Positions 46,501-58,200 are shown, numbered from the stretch's first letter. The stretch is 64,000 bases of DNA from Macrostomum lignano (GCA_002269645.1 NIVC01002976.1:63980-127979), one strand, 5' to 3'. Notes: generated from the sequence alone by a model not told the origin. A program made the numbers and translations.

Positions 46501-49500
46501 TGCCAAAATCAAAAAAACTTACGAAAAAGTTCGACTCGGCCGCTGCTAAAAGTCTGATTGAATAAAGTCGAACCATCTTTGGCAGTTTGAACGATTTTGC
46601 AGTAGACTTTCTGTCCAGAGTCATCGGTAGGGAAGTTCCACGTCCAGAGTGATGACGCATTCCGACATGTCGAAGGCTGAAACCCGTTTTGGATGCTGAG
46701 AGCGAAAATAAGAAAGGTACAGCACTGTTAAAATGGTTTTCCCTACCTTTAAAAGATTGAGAATCCTTCCAGAAGCAGAGCAGCTGTGCAGAGCCGGAGG
46801 ATTACCGCAGTCAGAGACGAGCAGCAGAATTTCAGCTGGAGAATTCGCTCGGGTCTGCGGTGCGGCCAGCCTGATGGAGGCACTCCGCACTGGGTCTGCA
46901 AGGTTTTTAAATATTTTTCACTCCAATTCCATTGCCCTGTTTTTGAGACATTTATCCCACTCAACTTCCGCCTGAAGAAACTCATTGCCAATGTACTCGT
47001 AGTTTTTACGCGTATATTTTTACTACTTGCAATTAGCACTAGAATTCGGCATTCTTCAATTAAATTTTTGATAGTCATTGTGTGAAAAATTCAACTTTAT
47101 CCTTACAAAAAACGGTGATGTTTTGCCGAAAATTGCTGCTCAAATTTTCGAGGCCGGTCTGAGAGACGCTGCACGCCACTGAGCCGCCGTCCATCCGCCT
47201 TGTGGAGTTCGCGCTGAAGTTGGTGCTCTTCGCTCTGCTGCCTGTCTGATCCGACTGAGTTCCATCAGTGCTGCTCATGCTTATATTCCCACCCTGAGCT
47301 GTCCGCAGCCAGCACCGGTGACTGGGCTCAGGGTTGCCACCGACTGACCGAACTGAGACTGACACGGGCTCGCCCTCCTTCATCACCAGAGGCTGAGTTG
47401 CATTCCATGAGTTCCTTGACGCATCTGTTGTACAAATCAATTCATTTGAATAGCGTTCCATTCACTCAGAATCATAACAATGGGAAACAAAAACGACTCA
47501 AACTCACAGAGCACATCGAGTTTGTCACTGACTACTGACTTGCGAAACAAAACTGTGCTGCTTTCAGTCATCTGCAAAAGATCACACTGGATTTGCTGTC
47601 CGTTGTCTCCGGCCAGAGCGTTCAGTGTCCATAGAGATGTAGCATTTGATGCAGATTGAGGCTGGAATCAGTTTAGGGAACGAGGTTATTGTCATGTATC
47701 ACCTGTCAGTCAAATACTACAAACTACAGCCTTACCATAATCTGTGTGAGATTCCTTCCGGAAGCAGAGCAGCTGTGCAGAGCCGGAGGATTGCCGCGGT
47801 CAGAGGCGAGCAGCAGAATTTGAGCTGGGGAATTCGCTCGGATCTGCGGTGCGGCCAGCCTGATGGAGGCGCTCCGCACGGGGTCTGCGGTGTTTGCATA
47901 TGCAGTTGGCTATTATGTACAAATTGTGTACCAACTGAAAAAACTATATATGTGAAGCCACATGCTGTTGCAAATAATGATAGTCAGCTATCCATCACGT
48001 GACTCACACAGAGCAGCTGGCAGCGGATGCCGGGCCCAGGTCTCGATCAGTCCCGACTGATTCACCAGACACGCAACGGATGCGCTGCTGCCCCACCGTC
48101 TGCTCACAGTTACTGAGAATGTGCTGCTCGAGTTTGTGCTCTGGAATGAGTTCATTTCACACCATGCTTTCTGCAGGTCTCGGCGGCAAAACTGTAAAAT
48201 ACTCACCGAGACAATCCGCAGTGTCGAGTTCGGGACTCCCTCCGACACCAGAAAGCAGCTATGACTGGTTGTCACCCAGTTTCCTTGAGATGAGTCAGCT
48301 GTCAGATTGACAGTCGCTCCATCTATCCAGCTGGAGTCTGGGGGAAGCAGAAACCGAGTGCTGCAGGCCTCTGAAACGGTTCGAGTCGGAAGTGCTAAGG
48401 CGATTGCTGCGGTGAGAGCCAGCAGTGAGAACTCACCGAGTAGCTTAGGCAGGCGCAGTGTTACTGGTGCTATATTTGTGCTGTCACTGCATTTTATGCT
48501 GCAAGATATGTTTCCATTCTTATATTCTGATTGCAGTTTCACCTCAAAGTACGACTTTGCACCGATACTTCTAGTACTGAACTTCTGTGTTTCACTCTAA
48601 AAGCATGCATGAAAGTTCACAAAAAATGTGAATGCGCATGATATTGAGTCGAAAATACAGCGCTTTTATTCTTACACTGAAAGTCGAATTCAGTCTTTTT
48701 ATTGAGATCGTTTTCGACTTTTTTCGTCTTGATGTACTGCCATAATTTCTCGGATCATATGTAAGATAGCAGTCGTACTCTGTTGCAGAAACCAAGCCAT
48801 CCGTGCTGAGAGAGAACACTGCTGTCCTGTTCACCACCCAGTGCTTGGTGATGCTCAGATCAAGACTTGGAGCTCCTGAAATTCAAGCTGAAAGCTTAGA
48901 AAAAGAAAAAAGAAATGGTGACTTCAATTTCACGTTAAAGTTGGTGAATGACCAACTGGAAATGAGAAGGATTGATGATACAGTTCTACATAATCGGCAG
49001 TTCATTTATTGAAAGATACAGCGCGAGAAAAACATGAGATACTGAAATTTATTTACTCAATCACAGCTTCACCGAAATTGCCATTAAGTAATGTTACAAT
49101 GGCGAAGCAGGTGTTTGGAAACCGTCTCAAAACTCTTTCAAGCTCACCCTTTGCTACACATTGGTTTATCATCAGTTCTTGCGAAGTCTGCGCGAGACTT
49201 CCGTCAGTGCAGCTCTGTCGGCACTGCAGATTCGCTTCGTGAAATTCCGGTGTCACGTTAATCTCTTTCAAAATGAGGAAACTGGAAGTTTTTGCCTTCT
49301 GCAAAATTTATCGGATTCAAGTTGTAAGTTAGTAGCTAATGAATTTCAGCATTTTGTTTCCAGTTCAGCTCTCACACTGCTCAGAGCCATGACGTCACCG
49401 CTTCGCATCCGGATGCTGCAGTTGACTGCACCAGGTGCGGATGATGAGCTGCACGGAAGCCATGCCTTAACCATCAGTTTATCATTTTCCTTCAGTGTTA

Positions 49501-49968
49501 ACAATTCTCTCTCAAAACATCCAACGCTGCTTTGTTTGCAAAAGTACGCTCCGTAGCAGTGAGCATTTTTGGCGTCTCGATCAGAATCATTGCTTCTTTT
49601 AATAGCCAAGCTATTTTCCTCGATCTGCAGCAGCCGGAAGTTCATGTACTTGTCAGCATTGTTGTGCACAAACTTCCTCAGCAGCACAAACTGCGGCAAC
49701 TGTAATGAGATGTCAATGAGGACATTAAAACATGCACGGGAGCTCCAATATTGAAGGACTCAGCAATTGCATACCTTTGAATAGTCTCGAACTGAGCAGG
49801 TAACTTTATATGCTAATTCTGAGTTAGTTGAGTTCTCGGTGATTCCACACAGGTGAAATTCGGTCAGGCTGTGGTTGAAACCCGCTATGCAACCTGGCGG
49901 ATTCTCAGTCAGACCAGCTGGCCTCTCGTGGCTGAGCAGCACCTCGATGCCCAGGGCTCTAACTCTTT
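43515..49968 (-). CDS. Receptor C: paralog of B with two extra Ig-like modules; 5' exons not in the window
   Basis: Exon from 49968 ERVRALGIEVLLSHE, then LPQFVLLRKF and Ig-like exons. TM exon about 43825-43630; last exon 43541-43515 TVYYEADN*. The upstream intron runs into the satellite and retroelement. Confidence 0.7.
44732..45003 (-). mobile_element. tRNA-derived SINE, duplicate of 34107-34378
   Basis: Same intron position in paralog C. Confidence 0.85.
46117..46378 (-). mobile_element. tRNA-derived SINE, duplicate of 35481-35743
   Basis: Same intron position in paralog C. Confidence 0.85.
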
Positions 49969-50034
49969 CTGGGACTGGGGCTGGTTTGATAATGTGCAAG
50001 GAAAACTGTGAACTGATTATTATCAAACATTCTT

Positions 50035-50757
50035 ATGCACAAAAACACAGTGTGCACAAACACACGGTGTGCACAAACACACGGTGTGCACAAACACACG
50101 GTGTGCACAAACACACGGTGTGCACAAACACGCGGTGTGCAAAAACACACGGTGTGCACAAACACACGGTGTGCACAAACACACGGTGTGCACAAACACA
50201 CGGTGTGCACAAACACACAGTATGCACAAACACACGGTATGCACAAACACACAGTATGCACAAACACACAGTATGCACAAACACACGGTGTGCACAAACA
50301 CACGGTGTGCACAAACACACGGTGTGCACAAACACACAGTATGCACAAACACACGGTGTGCACAAACACACGGTGTGCACAAACACACGGTGTGCACAAA
50401 CACACGGTGTGCACAAACACACGGTGTGCACAAACACACGGTGTGCACAAACACACGGTGTGCACAAACACACGGTGTGCACAAACACACGGTATGCACA
50501 AACACACGGTATGCACAAACACACGGTATGCACAAACACACGGTGTGCACAAACACACGGTATGCACAAACACACGGTATGCACAAACACGCGGTGTGCA
50601 CAAACACACGGTGTGCACAAACACACGGTGTGCACAAACACACGGTATGCACAAACACACGGTATGCACAAACACACGGTATGCACAAACACACGGTGTG
50701 CACAAACACACGGTATGCACAAACACACGGTATGCACAAACACGCGGTGTGCACAAA
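50035..50757. repeat. 17-bp satellite GCACAAACACACGGT(G/A)T, left arm
   Basis: About 42 units ending exactly at the retroelement. Confidence 0.97.
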
Positions 50758-50932
50758 TGGCTAGTTTGCGCGGGCTGCGCTAACTGGCGTTTGTGTACGC
50801 TGCCCACCCCTGCCCCTCCCCGCGGCTTCCCCCCACCCCCGGTGTTGGGGGGGGGGGGTTGCGTGGCGGGGGTTTTATACCCCGCGGTTGGCTCTTTGGC
50901 CTCGCTGTCGCATTGCAATTGAAAAAATTTTT
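50758..50932 (+). repeat. Split direct repeat A1
   Basis: Matches 54886-55060 except one substitution and homopolymer lengths. Confidence 0.93.
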
Positions 50933-50945
50933 ATGCTGCTGAGTC

Positions 50946-51977
50946 ATGTCACACGATTCTCTGACGGTACGAGAACTGCGCATGGCCTTGCGTGCTAAAG
51001 GCTTGCAAACCGTAGGCAACAAGCGCACCCTATTGGAGAGACTTCTGCAGTCTCAAGGCTCAGTGGACACGGGACCCATCGATGAATCGGACACCAGCAA
51101 TCCATCGAGAAGGCGAGGGCCCGACGACGGGACGGCGGCGGTCGGCGGCGGCGAGGCGGCAGGAGGGACCCACGGGACTGGCGACCTGGACCGGGACCTG
51201 CGGGAGGCAGAGAAGCAGCTGCGCTTGCTGACAATTCGTCGGGACCAAGCGCGCCTGGAAGCCGAGATCCGTCAGCTGGACCGCCGTGCCGATGAGCCGC
51301 AGCGGCGACCTGCAAATGCCTCAGTGCCCGGTGAGTACTCAAGCCTTGAGGATTTAGTGCTGGGACCTACTGTCAGAGTGCCGGATGAGGTGCAGCAGGC
51401 GGGGCAGCAGCACCCGAATGCGTACCGGGTGCCGGAGTTCATCAGCGCTCGCAAGCGGCTGGCGCTGAACAAGTCAAGTCAAGCCAGCAAGCAGGCCGCC
51501 CTGGACAGCCTCTCGGTTGGCGACTGGATCACCGGAAACGCCAACGCGCTGATGCAGATGTTGAAGGACGGCAGACTCCTCGTCCTCCGTGATGGCGCTA
51601 TCGACATGTCGGAGCTGCTGGAGTACCTGAAGCACACGGCAAAAATTGGCGACCTCCTTGATCTCGGATTCGACCGCGGCCGCGTTTTGCGCTATGATGA
51701 TGAGTACAGAGCGCAGCACGCTGAGGCCGGCGCCTGGGACAGCTCGGTGACCGACCTGGGTCTGGTGGCGGCACACCTGATGGCTCCGAATCTTCAACTG
51801 CAGGCCGGCTCAGCGGGCAGGTCATCAGCAAAGCGACCGGTCTGCTTCGACTTCAACAAGGTGTCCGGCTGCCAGCGCAACCCGTGTCGTTTCGCACACA
51901 GTTGTAGGCGCTGCGGCCAGGCGCACTCGGAGGCCTCCTTCCACAGAGCGGAGGGCGGCCAGGCGGCAAAAAACTGA
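50946..51977 (+). CDS. gag: Gag-like protein with N-terminal SAP motif and C-terminal Cys/His finger
   Basis: LTVRELRMALRAKGLQTVGNKRTLLERL (SAP consensus); CFDFNKVSGCQRNPCRFAHSCRRCGQAH. Confidence 0.85.
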   Translation: MSHDSLTVRELRMALRAKGLQTVGNKRTLLERLLQSQGSVDTGPIDESDTSNPSRRRGPDDGTAAVGGGEAAGGTHGTGDLDRDLREAEKQLRLLTIRRDQARLEAEIRQLDRRADEPQRRPANASVPGEYSSLEDLVLGPTVRVPDEVQQAGQQHPNAYRVPEFISARKRLALNKSSQASKQAALDSLSVGDWITGNANALMQMLKDGRLLVLRDGAIDMSELLEYLKHTAKIGDLLDLGFDRGRVLRYDDEYRAQHAEAGAWDSSVTDLGLVAAHLMAPNLQLQAGSAGRSSAKRPVCFDFNKVSGCQRNPCRFAHSCRRCGQAHSEASFHRAEGGQAAKN

Positions 51978-53950
51978 TGGACGGGGTTCAGCGGCAGGGG
52001 TCTCTTAACATCGAGTCGCCCGCCCCTGCCGCTGCTTCTGTCGAACCCCAAAAGGAGGGCGACTCAAGCGGGACCCTCTCCACCGACTTGCGCCTTGAAG
52101 CCTGGCGCCTCGAGCTGGCCGACACGGAGATGCCAACGAAGCTCGCGCAGTTCGTTTTGAGCGGTGTGAAGGACGGTTTCCGCATCAGGAACGTCAGCAG
52201 TCCGGTGGACTCTGTCGAGCAGGAGAACTACGGCTCCATCGGTCAGCATCGAGTCGAGGTTCAGGCCCAAGTCCGCCGGGAACTGCAAGCTGGAAGATAT
52301 CGCGTTAGCGCCAAGCCGACTATTGTGAGCGCGCTGGGCGCCATTCCGAAGTCCGGGGGCGGCATCCGGCTCATCCATGACTGCAGTCAGCCCCAGGGTC
52401 GGGCCGTCAATGATTTGTTTGCTTGTCAGCAGAAGCTTCGGTTTTCTTCGGCGGCTGCCTTTGCTAGGAAGCTGCGCCAGGACATGTACATGTGTAAAGT
52501 TGACCTAAGCCAGGCCTACCGGTCTTGCGGCATTCACCCGGACGACCACTGCCTCACCGGTCTGAAGTTCACGTTCGAGGGCGAGGCGGAGCCGACCTAC
52601 ATGGTGGACACCCGGCTGCCGTTCGGAGCGGCAGCATCCGTGAGCAGCTTTTTCCAGATCAGCAACGCCATTCGGTTTATGATGCTCAAGCGCAGGTTCT
52701 TCAACTTCGAGGTCTACATGGACGACTTCGGCTTCGCGGGTTCGCTGACTGAGTGCTGGCGCTTTTACAACAAGCTGACGCAGCTGCTGCAGAGCCTGGG
52801 CCTGACTGTCAACTGGAAGAAGTGCGTGCAGCCGACGCAGGAGATGTGCTTCCTGGGCATTCAGTTCAACACGCAGTCGGGGCTGATGAGTCTGCCAGAG
52901 ACGAAGGTCGAGGAGCTGCAGGCCTGCCTTGACCTCTGCTGCACAAAGCGGCGGATCTCCAAGCACGAGTTGCAGAAGCTAGTGGGCAGGCTCAACTGGG
53001 CCTGTCAGGTGGTCTGCAACGGCCGGCCGTTTCTGCGAGACCTGATCGACCGCGTCAACGACTTGTCGAGCCCGAAGGATCGGCTGTTGGTGGATGGCCA
53101 GTTCAAGAGCGTCCTGAGCTGGTGGAAAGTTGCTCTGCGGCAGCAGCCAGGTCGCGAGCTCTGGCCTGCTGCCAGGAGGCCGGTTGCCATGGAGACGGAC
53201 GCCTGTCTGGTGGGGGCAGCGGCTGTTCTGAGAGATCCGGCTGGTTCTGACTGGTGCTATCTGCAGTGGGAAGTCGACGCTGGGAGCGAGTTCAGCGATT
53301 GCTGCATCAACTACAAGGAGGCTGCCGCGGTGCTGCTGGCGTTGCTGCACTGGCGCCGTCAACTGCACAACTGCCGGATCGCTGTCTACTGCGACAATGC
53401 TGCAGCCTGCGCGATTATCAACAAGGGGTCATCCAGGGAGCCCCGGCTGTTGCGGCTGCTGCAGACTGTTGCTCTGCTGTGCCTAAAGCAGAACATTGTG
53501 GTCACCGCCCACCATGTGCCCGGCCGGTTTCAGCTGTTTGCCGACGCCGCCTCCCGCCTGCATTGCCGGCAGGAGTTGCTGAATTTTCTGTTGCGAGCCT
53601 ATGCAACCGCCTCTGTTTGCCCGCATGAATTTGCGGGACATGCGCTTAGCCCTGCCTCCGCCGCCTTTCTTTTTTTACAGGTCGCCTCCCTGGGTCTCTC
53701 GACGCTGCCGCCGCCAAACTGCTCCAGCAGGCCTATGCATCATCGTCCAAGAGGTCGCTGTCATCTGCTGTCCGCACCTGGCAACGCTTCTGCCGAGAGC
53801 GGCGGCTCGACCCACTCGGCTGTCGGGCGGAGGATCTCGCAAACTACGTCGGCCAGCTCGTGGACGGCCGGCTCAGCTCCTTCGGCAGCGTCCGCGTGCA
53901 TATCAGCGCTCTGTCCGCCAGTTTCCGACTGGCGGGAGTGCCGGACCTGA
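51977..53950 (+). CDS. pol: Reverse transcriptase-RNase H
   Basis: RT motifs RLIHD, KVDLSQAYR, LPFG, YMDD; RNase H TDAC, KEA, CDN, ADAASR. The start overlaps the gag stop (TGATG). Confidence 0.93.
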   Translation: MDGVQRQGSLNIESPAPAAASVEPQKEGDSSGTLSTDLRLEAWRLELADTEMPTKLAQFVLSGVKDGFRIRNVSSPVDSVEQENYGSIGQHRVEVQAQVRRELQAGRYRVSAKPTIVSALGAIPKSGGGIRLIHDCSQPQGRAVNDLFACQQKLRFSSAAAFARKLRQDMYMCKVDLSQAYRSCGIHPDDHCLTGLKFTFEGEAEPTYMVDTRLPFGAAASVSSFFQISNAIRFMMLKRRFFNFEVYMDDFGFAGSLTECWRFYNKLTQLLQSLGLTVNWKKCVQPTQEMCFLGIQFNTQSGLMSLPETKVEELQACLDLCCTKRRISKHELQKLVGRLNWACQVVCNGRPFLRDLIDRVNDLSSPKDRLLVDGQFKSVLSWWKVALRQQPGRELWPAARRPVAMETDACLVGAAAVLRDPAGSDWCYLQWEVDAGSEFSDCCINYKEAAAVLLALLHWRRQLHNCRIAVYCDNAAACAIINKGSSREPRLLRLLQTVALLCLKQNIVVTAHHVPGRFQLFADAASRLHCRQELLNFLLRAYATASVCPHEFAGHALSPASAAFLFLQVASLGLSTLPPPNCSSRPMHHRPRGRCHLLSAPGNASAESGGSTHSAVGRRISQTTSASSWTAGSAPSAASACISALCPPVSDWRECRT

Positions 53951-54657
53951 CCAGGCACCCGCTGCTGCACCTGGTTCTGCGGGGAGCCAAGCGCGAGCTG
54001 GGGTCGGAGCCGAGTCGCAAGCTGCCGGTGTCGCCAGACCTTTTGTCGAGACTGCGGCTGCAAGTCGACAGCTCGAATCCTGTGCAGGCGGCCTGCTGGG
54101 CTGCGGTCATGTGCGCTTGGTGGGGGATGTTCAGGAAGTCCAGCCTGCTGCCGCGAGGGCGCGCCGATCCGCCAGTGCTGCGACTGAGCTCGCTGGCAAG
54201 ATGCCCCGAAGGCCTGCTTCTGACGTCCAGCTTCGGGAAGACCAACCAGTACGGCCGGACGCATCGCGTGCTGCTGCCAGAGTTGACTTCGGGCCACCCG
54301 CTCTGTCCAGTGGCGGCACTGCGAGGCCACCTGCGCTGCAACCGGCTGAAGCGGCGGCAGCAGGGCCTGTTTTCATTCAGCAGTGGATCGTCCGGTCACG
54401 CATCTCTGACGTCCCGGAGGCTCGATGTACAGTTCAGGTCGTGGCTCGGCAAGGCGGGAGTTCCGGCGGCCGGGTTTTCTGTGCATAGCCTGCGGCGAGG
54501 CGCCGCCACCTGGGCGGCCCGGTGCGGCCTGTCAGTGCGGGAGATCCAGTGCGTGGGTGACTGGCGCAGCGATGCAGTGAGCGTCTACCTGTCCCGCGAT
54601 GACACGGCTCTGCGTGCGGCGCGCAAGCTTGCTGTTGCGGCGCTTGACCAAACCTGA
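53683..54657 (+). CDS. Tyrosine recombinase; frame open from 53650, no suitable ATG, probably expressed by splicing
   Basis: N-terminal AYASSSKRSLSSAVRTWQRFC; catalytic residues in FRKSS, KTNQ, HSLRR, GDWRS and VYL. Confidence 0.9.
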   Translation, partial: RLPGSLDAAAAKLLQQAYASSSKRSLSSAVRTWQRFCRERRLDPLGCRAEDLANYVGQLVDGRLSSFGSVRVHISALSASFRLAGVPDLTRHPLLHLVLRGAKRELGSEPSRKLPVSPDLLSRLRLQVDSSNPVQAACWAAVMCAWWGMFRKSSLLPRGRADPPVLRLSSLARCPEGLLLTSSFGKTNQYGRTHRVLLPELTSGHPLCPVAALRGHLRCNRLKRRQQGLFSFSSGSSGHASLTSRRLDVQFRSWLGKAGVPAAGFSVHSLRRGAATWAARCGLSVREIQCVGDWRSDAVSVYLSRDDTALRAARKLAVAALDQT

Positions 54658-54780
54658 CGTGTTTCGCGGTTTTTTTTTGAAGAAAGGTTTTGGGCTCCTT
54701 TTTTGTTTGCTTGTCCGCTTTTGCTTGCCTCTGCTTGGTCTGCTTTTGCTCTAGTCTGTTTTCTTGCTGCTTTTGGTGTT

Positions 54781-54883
54781 GGGGGGAGTGCATGGCAGCC
54801 TTCCCTGACCTCCTCGCTGTTCCTGCGCCATTTGCTGCTCTTGAGCTTGCTGCGTTCGTCTTCTGGGGTGGGCAGTGGGCACT
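54781..54883 (+). repeat. Split direct repeat B1, abutting A2
   Basis: Identical to 55157-55259. Confidence 0.93.
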
Positions 54884-54885
54884 AA

Positions 54886-55060
54886 TGGCTAGTTTGCGCG
54901 GGATGCGCTAACTGGCGTTTGTGTACGCTGCCCACCCCTGCCCCTCCCCCGCGGCTTCCCCCACCCCCGGTGTTGGGGGGGGGGTTGCGTGGCGGGGGGT
55001 TTTATACCCCGCGGTTGGCTCTTTGGCCTCGCTGTCGCATTGCAATTGAAAAAAATTTTT
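54886..55060 (+). repeat. Split direct repeat A2
   Basis: Copy of A1; the B1-AA-A2 junction reads GGGCACTAATGGCTAG. Confidence 0.93.
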
Positions 55061-55156
55061 TTTCGTATCCTGTCACTCTTTTAATCCTGCTTTGATCCGT
55101 TCTAACTGTTGTCAATAATGCTTGAATATTTTCTCGTAATCGGTCTGAAATATACG

Positions 55157-55259
55157 GGGGGGAGTGCATGGCAGCCTTCCCTGACCTCCTCGCTGTTCCT
55201 GCGCCATTTGCTGCTCTTGAGCTTGCTGCGTTCGTCTTCTGGGGTGGGCAGTGGGCACT
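55157..55259 (+). repeat. Split direct repeat B2 (element 3' end)
   Basis: Identical to B1; followed by AA and the satellite. Confidence 0.93.
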
Positions 55260-58200
55260 AACAAACGGTATGCACAAACACACGGTATGCACAAACACAC
55301 GGTGTGCTCAAACACACGGTATGCACAAACAAACGGTGTGCACAAACACACGGTATGCACAAACACACGGTGTGCACAAACACACGGTGTGCACAAACAC
55401 ATGGTGTGCACAAACACACGGTGTGCACAAACACACGGTATGCACAAACACACGGTGTGCACAAACACACGGTGTGCACAAACACACGGTATGCACAAAC
55501 ACACGGTGTGCACAAACACGCGGTGTGCACAAACACACGGTATGCACAAACACACGGTGTGCTCAAACACACGGTGTGCTCAAACACACGGTTTGCACAA
55601 ACACACGGTATGCACAAACACACGGTGTGCTCAAATACACGGTGTGCACAAACACACGGTATGCACAAACACACGGTGTGCTCAAACACACGGTGTGCAC
55701 AAACACACGGTGTGCACAAACACGCGGTGTGCACAAACACACGGTATGCACAAACACACGGTGTGCTCAAACACACGGTATGCACAAACACACGGTATGC
55801 ACAAACACACGGTGTGCACAAACACATGGTGTGCACAAACACACGGTGTGCACAAACACACGGTATGCACAAACACACGGTGTGCACAAACACACGGTGT
55901 GCACAAACACACGGTATGCACAAACACACGGTGTGCACAAACACGCGGTGTGCACAAACACACGGTATGCACAAACACACGGTGTGCTCAAACACACGGT
56001 GTGCTCAAACACACGGTTTGCACAAACACACGGTATGCACAAACACACGGTGTGCTCAAATACACGGTGTGCACAAACACACGGTGTGCACAAACACGCG
56101 GTATGCACAAACACACGGTGTGCACAAACACACGGTATGCACAAACACACGGTGTGCACAAACACACGGTGTGCACAAACAAACGGTATGCACAAACACA
56201 TGGTGTGCACAAACACACGGTGTGCACAAACACGCGGTGTGCACAAACACACGGTGTGCACAAACAAACGGTATGCACAAACACACGGTGTGTACAAACA
56301 CACGGTATGCACAAACACACGGTGTGCACAAACACACGGTGTGCACAAACACACGGTATGCACGAACACACGGTGTGCTCAAACACACGGTTTGCACAAA
56401 CACACGGTGTGCACAAACACACGGTGTGCACAAACACACGGTATGCACAAACACACGGTGTGCACAAACACACGGTGTGCACAAACACGCGGTGTGCACA
56501 AACACACGGTGTGCACAAACAAACGGTATGCACAAACACACGGTGTGTACAAACACACGGTATGCACAAACACACGGTGTGCACAAACACACGGTGTGTA
56601 CAAACACACGGTGTGCACAAACACACGGTGTGCACAAACACACGGTGTGCACAAACACGCGGTGTGCACAAACACACGGTGTGCACAAACACACGGTGTG
56701 CACAAACACACGGTGTGCACAAACAAACGGTATGCACAAACACATGGTGTGTACAAACACACAGTGTGCACAAAAACACGGTGTGCACAAACACACGGTG
56801 TGCACAAACACACGGTATGCACGAACACACGGTGTGCTCAAACACACGGTTTGCACAAACACACGGTATGCACAAACACACGGTGTGCTCAAACACACGG
56901 TGTGCACAAACACACGGTGTGCACAAACACGCGGTATGCACAAACACGCGGTGTGCACAAACACACGGTATGCACAAACACACGGTGTGCACAAACACAC
57001 GGTGTGCACAAACACACGGTATGGACAAACACATGGTGTGCACAAACACACGGTGTGCACAAACACGCGGTGTGCACAAACACATGGTGTGCACAAACAC
57101 ACGGTGTGCTCAAACACACGGTGTGCTCAAACACACGGTGTGCACAAACACGCGGTGTGCACAAACACACGGTGTGCACAAACAAACGGTATGCACAAAC
57201 ACACGGTGTGTACAAACACACGGTATGCACAAACACACGGTGTGCACAAACACACGGTGTGCACAAACACACGGTATGCACGAACACACGGTGTGCTCAA
57301 ACACACGGTTTGCACAAACACACGGTGTGCACAAACACACGGTGTGCACAAACACACGGTATGCACAAACACACGGTGTGCACAAACACACGGTGTGCAC
57401 AAACACGCGGTGTGCACAAACACACGGTGTGCACAAACAAACGGTATGCACAAACACACGGTGTGTACAAACACACGGTATGCACAAACACACGGTGTGC
57501 ACAAACACACGGTGTGTACAAACACACGGTGTGCACAAACACACGGTGTGCACAAACACACGGTGTGCACAAACACGCGGTGTGCACAAACACACGGTGT
57601 GCACAAACACACGGTGTGCACAAACACACGGTGTGCACAAACAAACGGTATGCACAAACACATGGTGTGTACAAACACACGTGTGCACAAAAACACGGTG
57701 TGCACAAACACACGGTGTGCACAAACACACGGTATGCACAACACACGGTGTGCTCAAACACACGGTTTGCACAAACACACGGTATGCACAAACACACGGT
57801 GTGCTCAAACACACGGTGTGCACAAACACACGGTGTGCACAAACACGCGGTATGCACAAACACGCGGTGTGCACAAACACACGGTATGCACAAACACACG
57901 GTGTGCACAAACACACGGTGTGCACAAACACACGGTATGGACAAACACATGGTGTGCACAAACACACGGTGTGCACAAACACGCGGTGTGCACAAACACA
58001 TGGTGTGCACAAACACACGGTGTGCACAAACACGCGGTGTGCACAAACACACGGTGTGCACAAACAAACGGTATGCAAAAACACACGGTGTGTACAAACG
58101 CACGGTATGCACAAACACACGGTATGCACAAACAAACGGTATGCACAAACACACGGTATGCACAAACACACGGTATGCACAAACACACGGTATGCACAAA

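Larger units (their letters stand above)
50758..55259 (+). mobile_element. Ngaro-type tyrosine-recombinase retrotransposon (DIRS order), apparently intact
   Basis: Split direct repeats A1-ORFs-B1-A2-B2; gag, RT-RNase H and YR ORFs; no TSD; no methyltransferase domain seen. Confidence 0.93.

Noticed and set aside
50995-54911. Antisense and alternative-frame ORFs over the retroelement
   Set aside because: Shadows of GC-rich coding sequence with no motifs.
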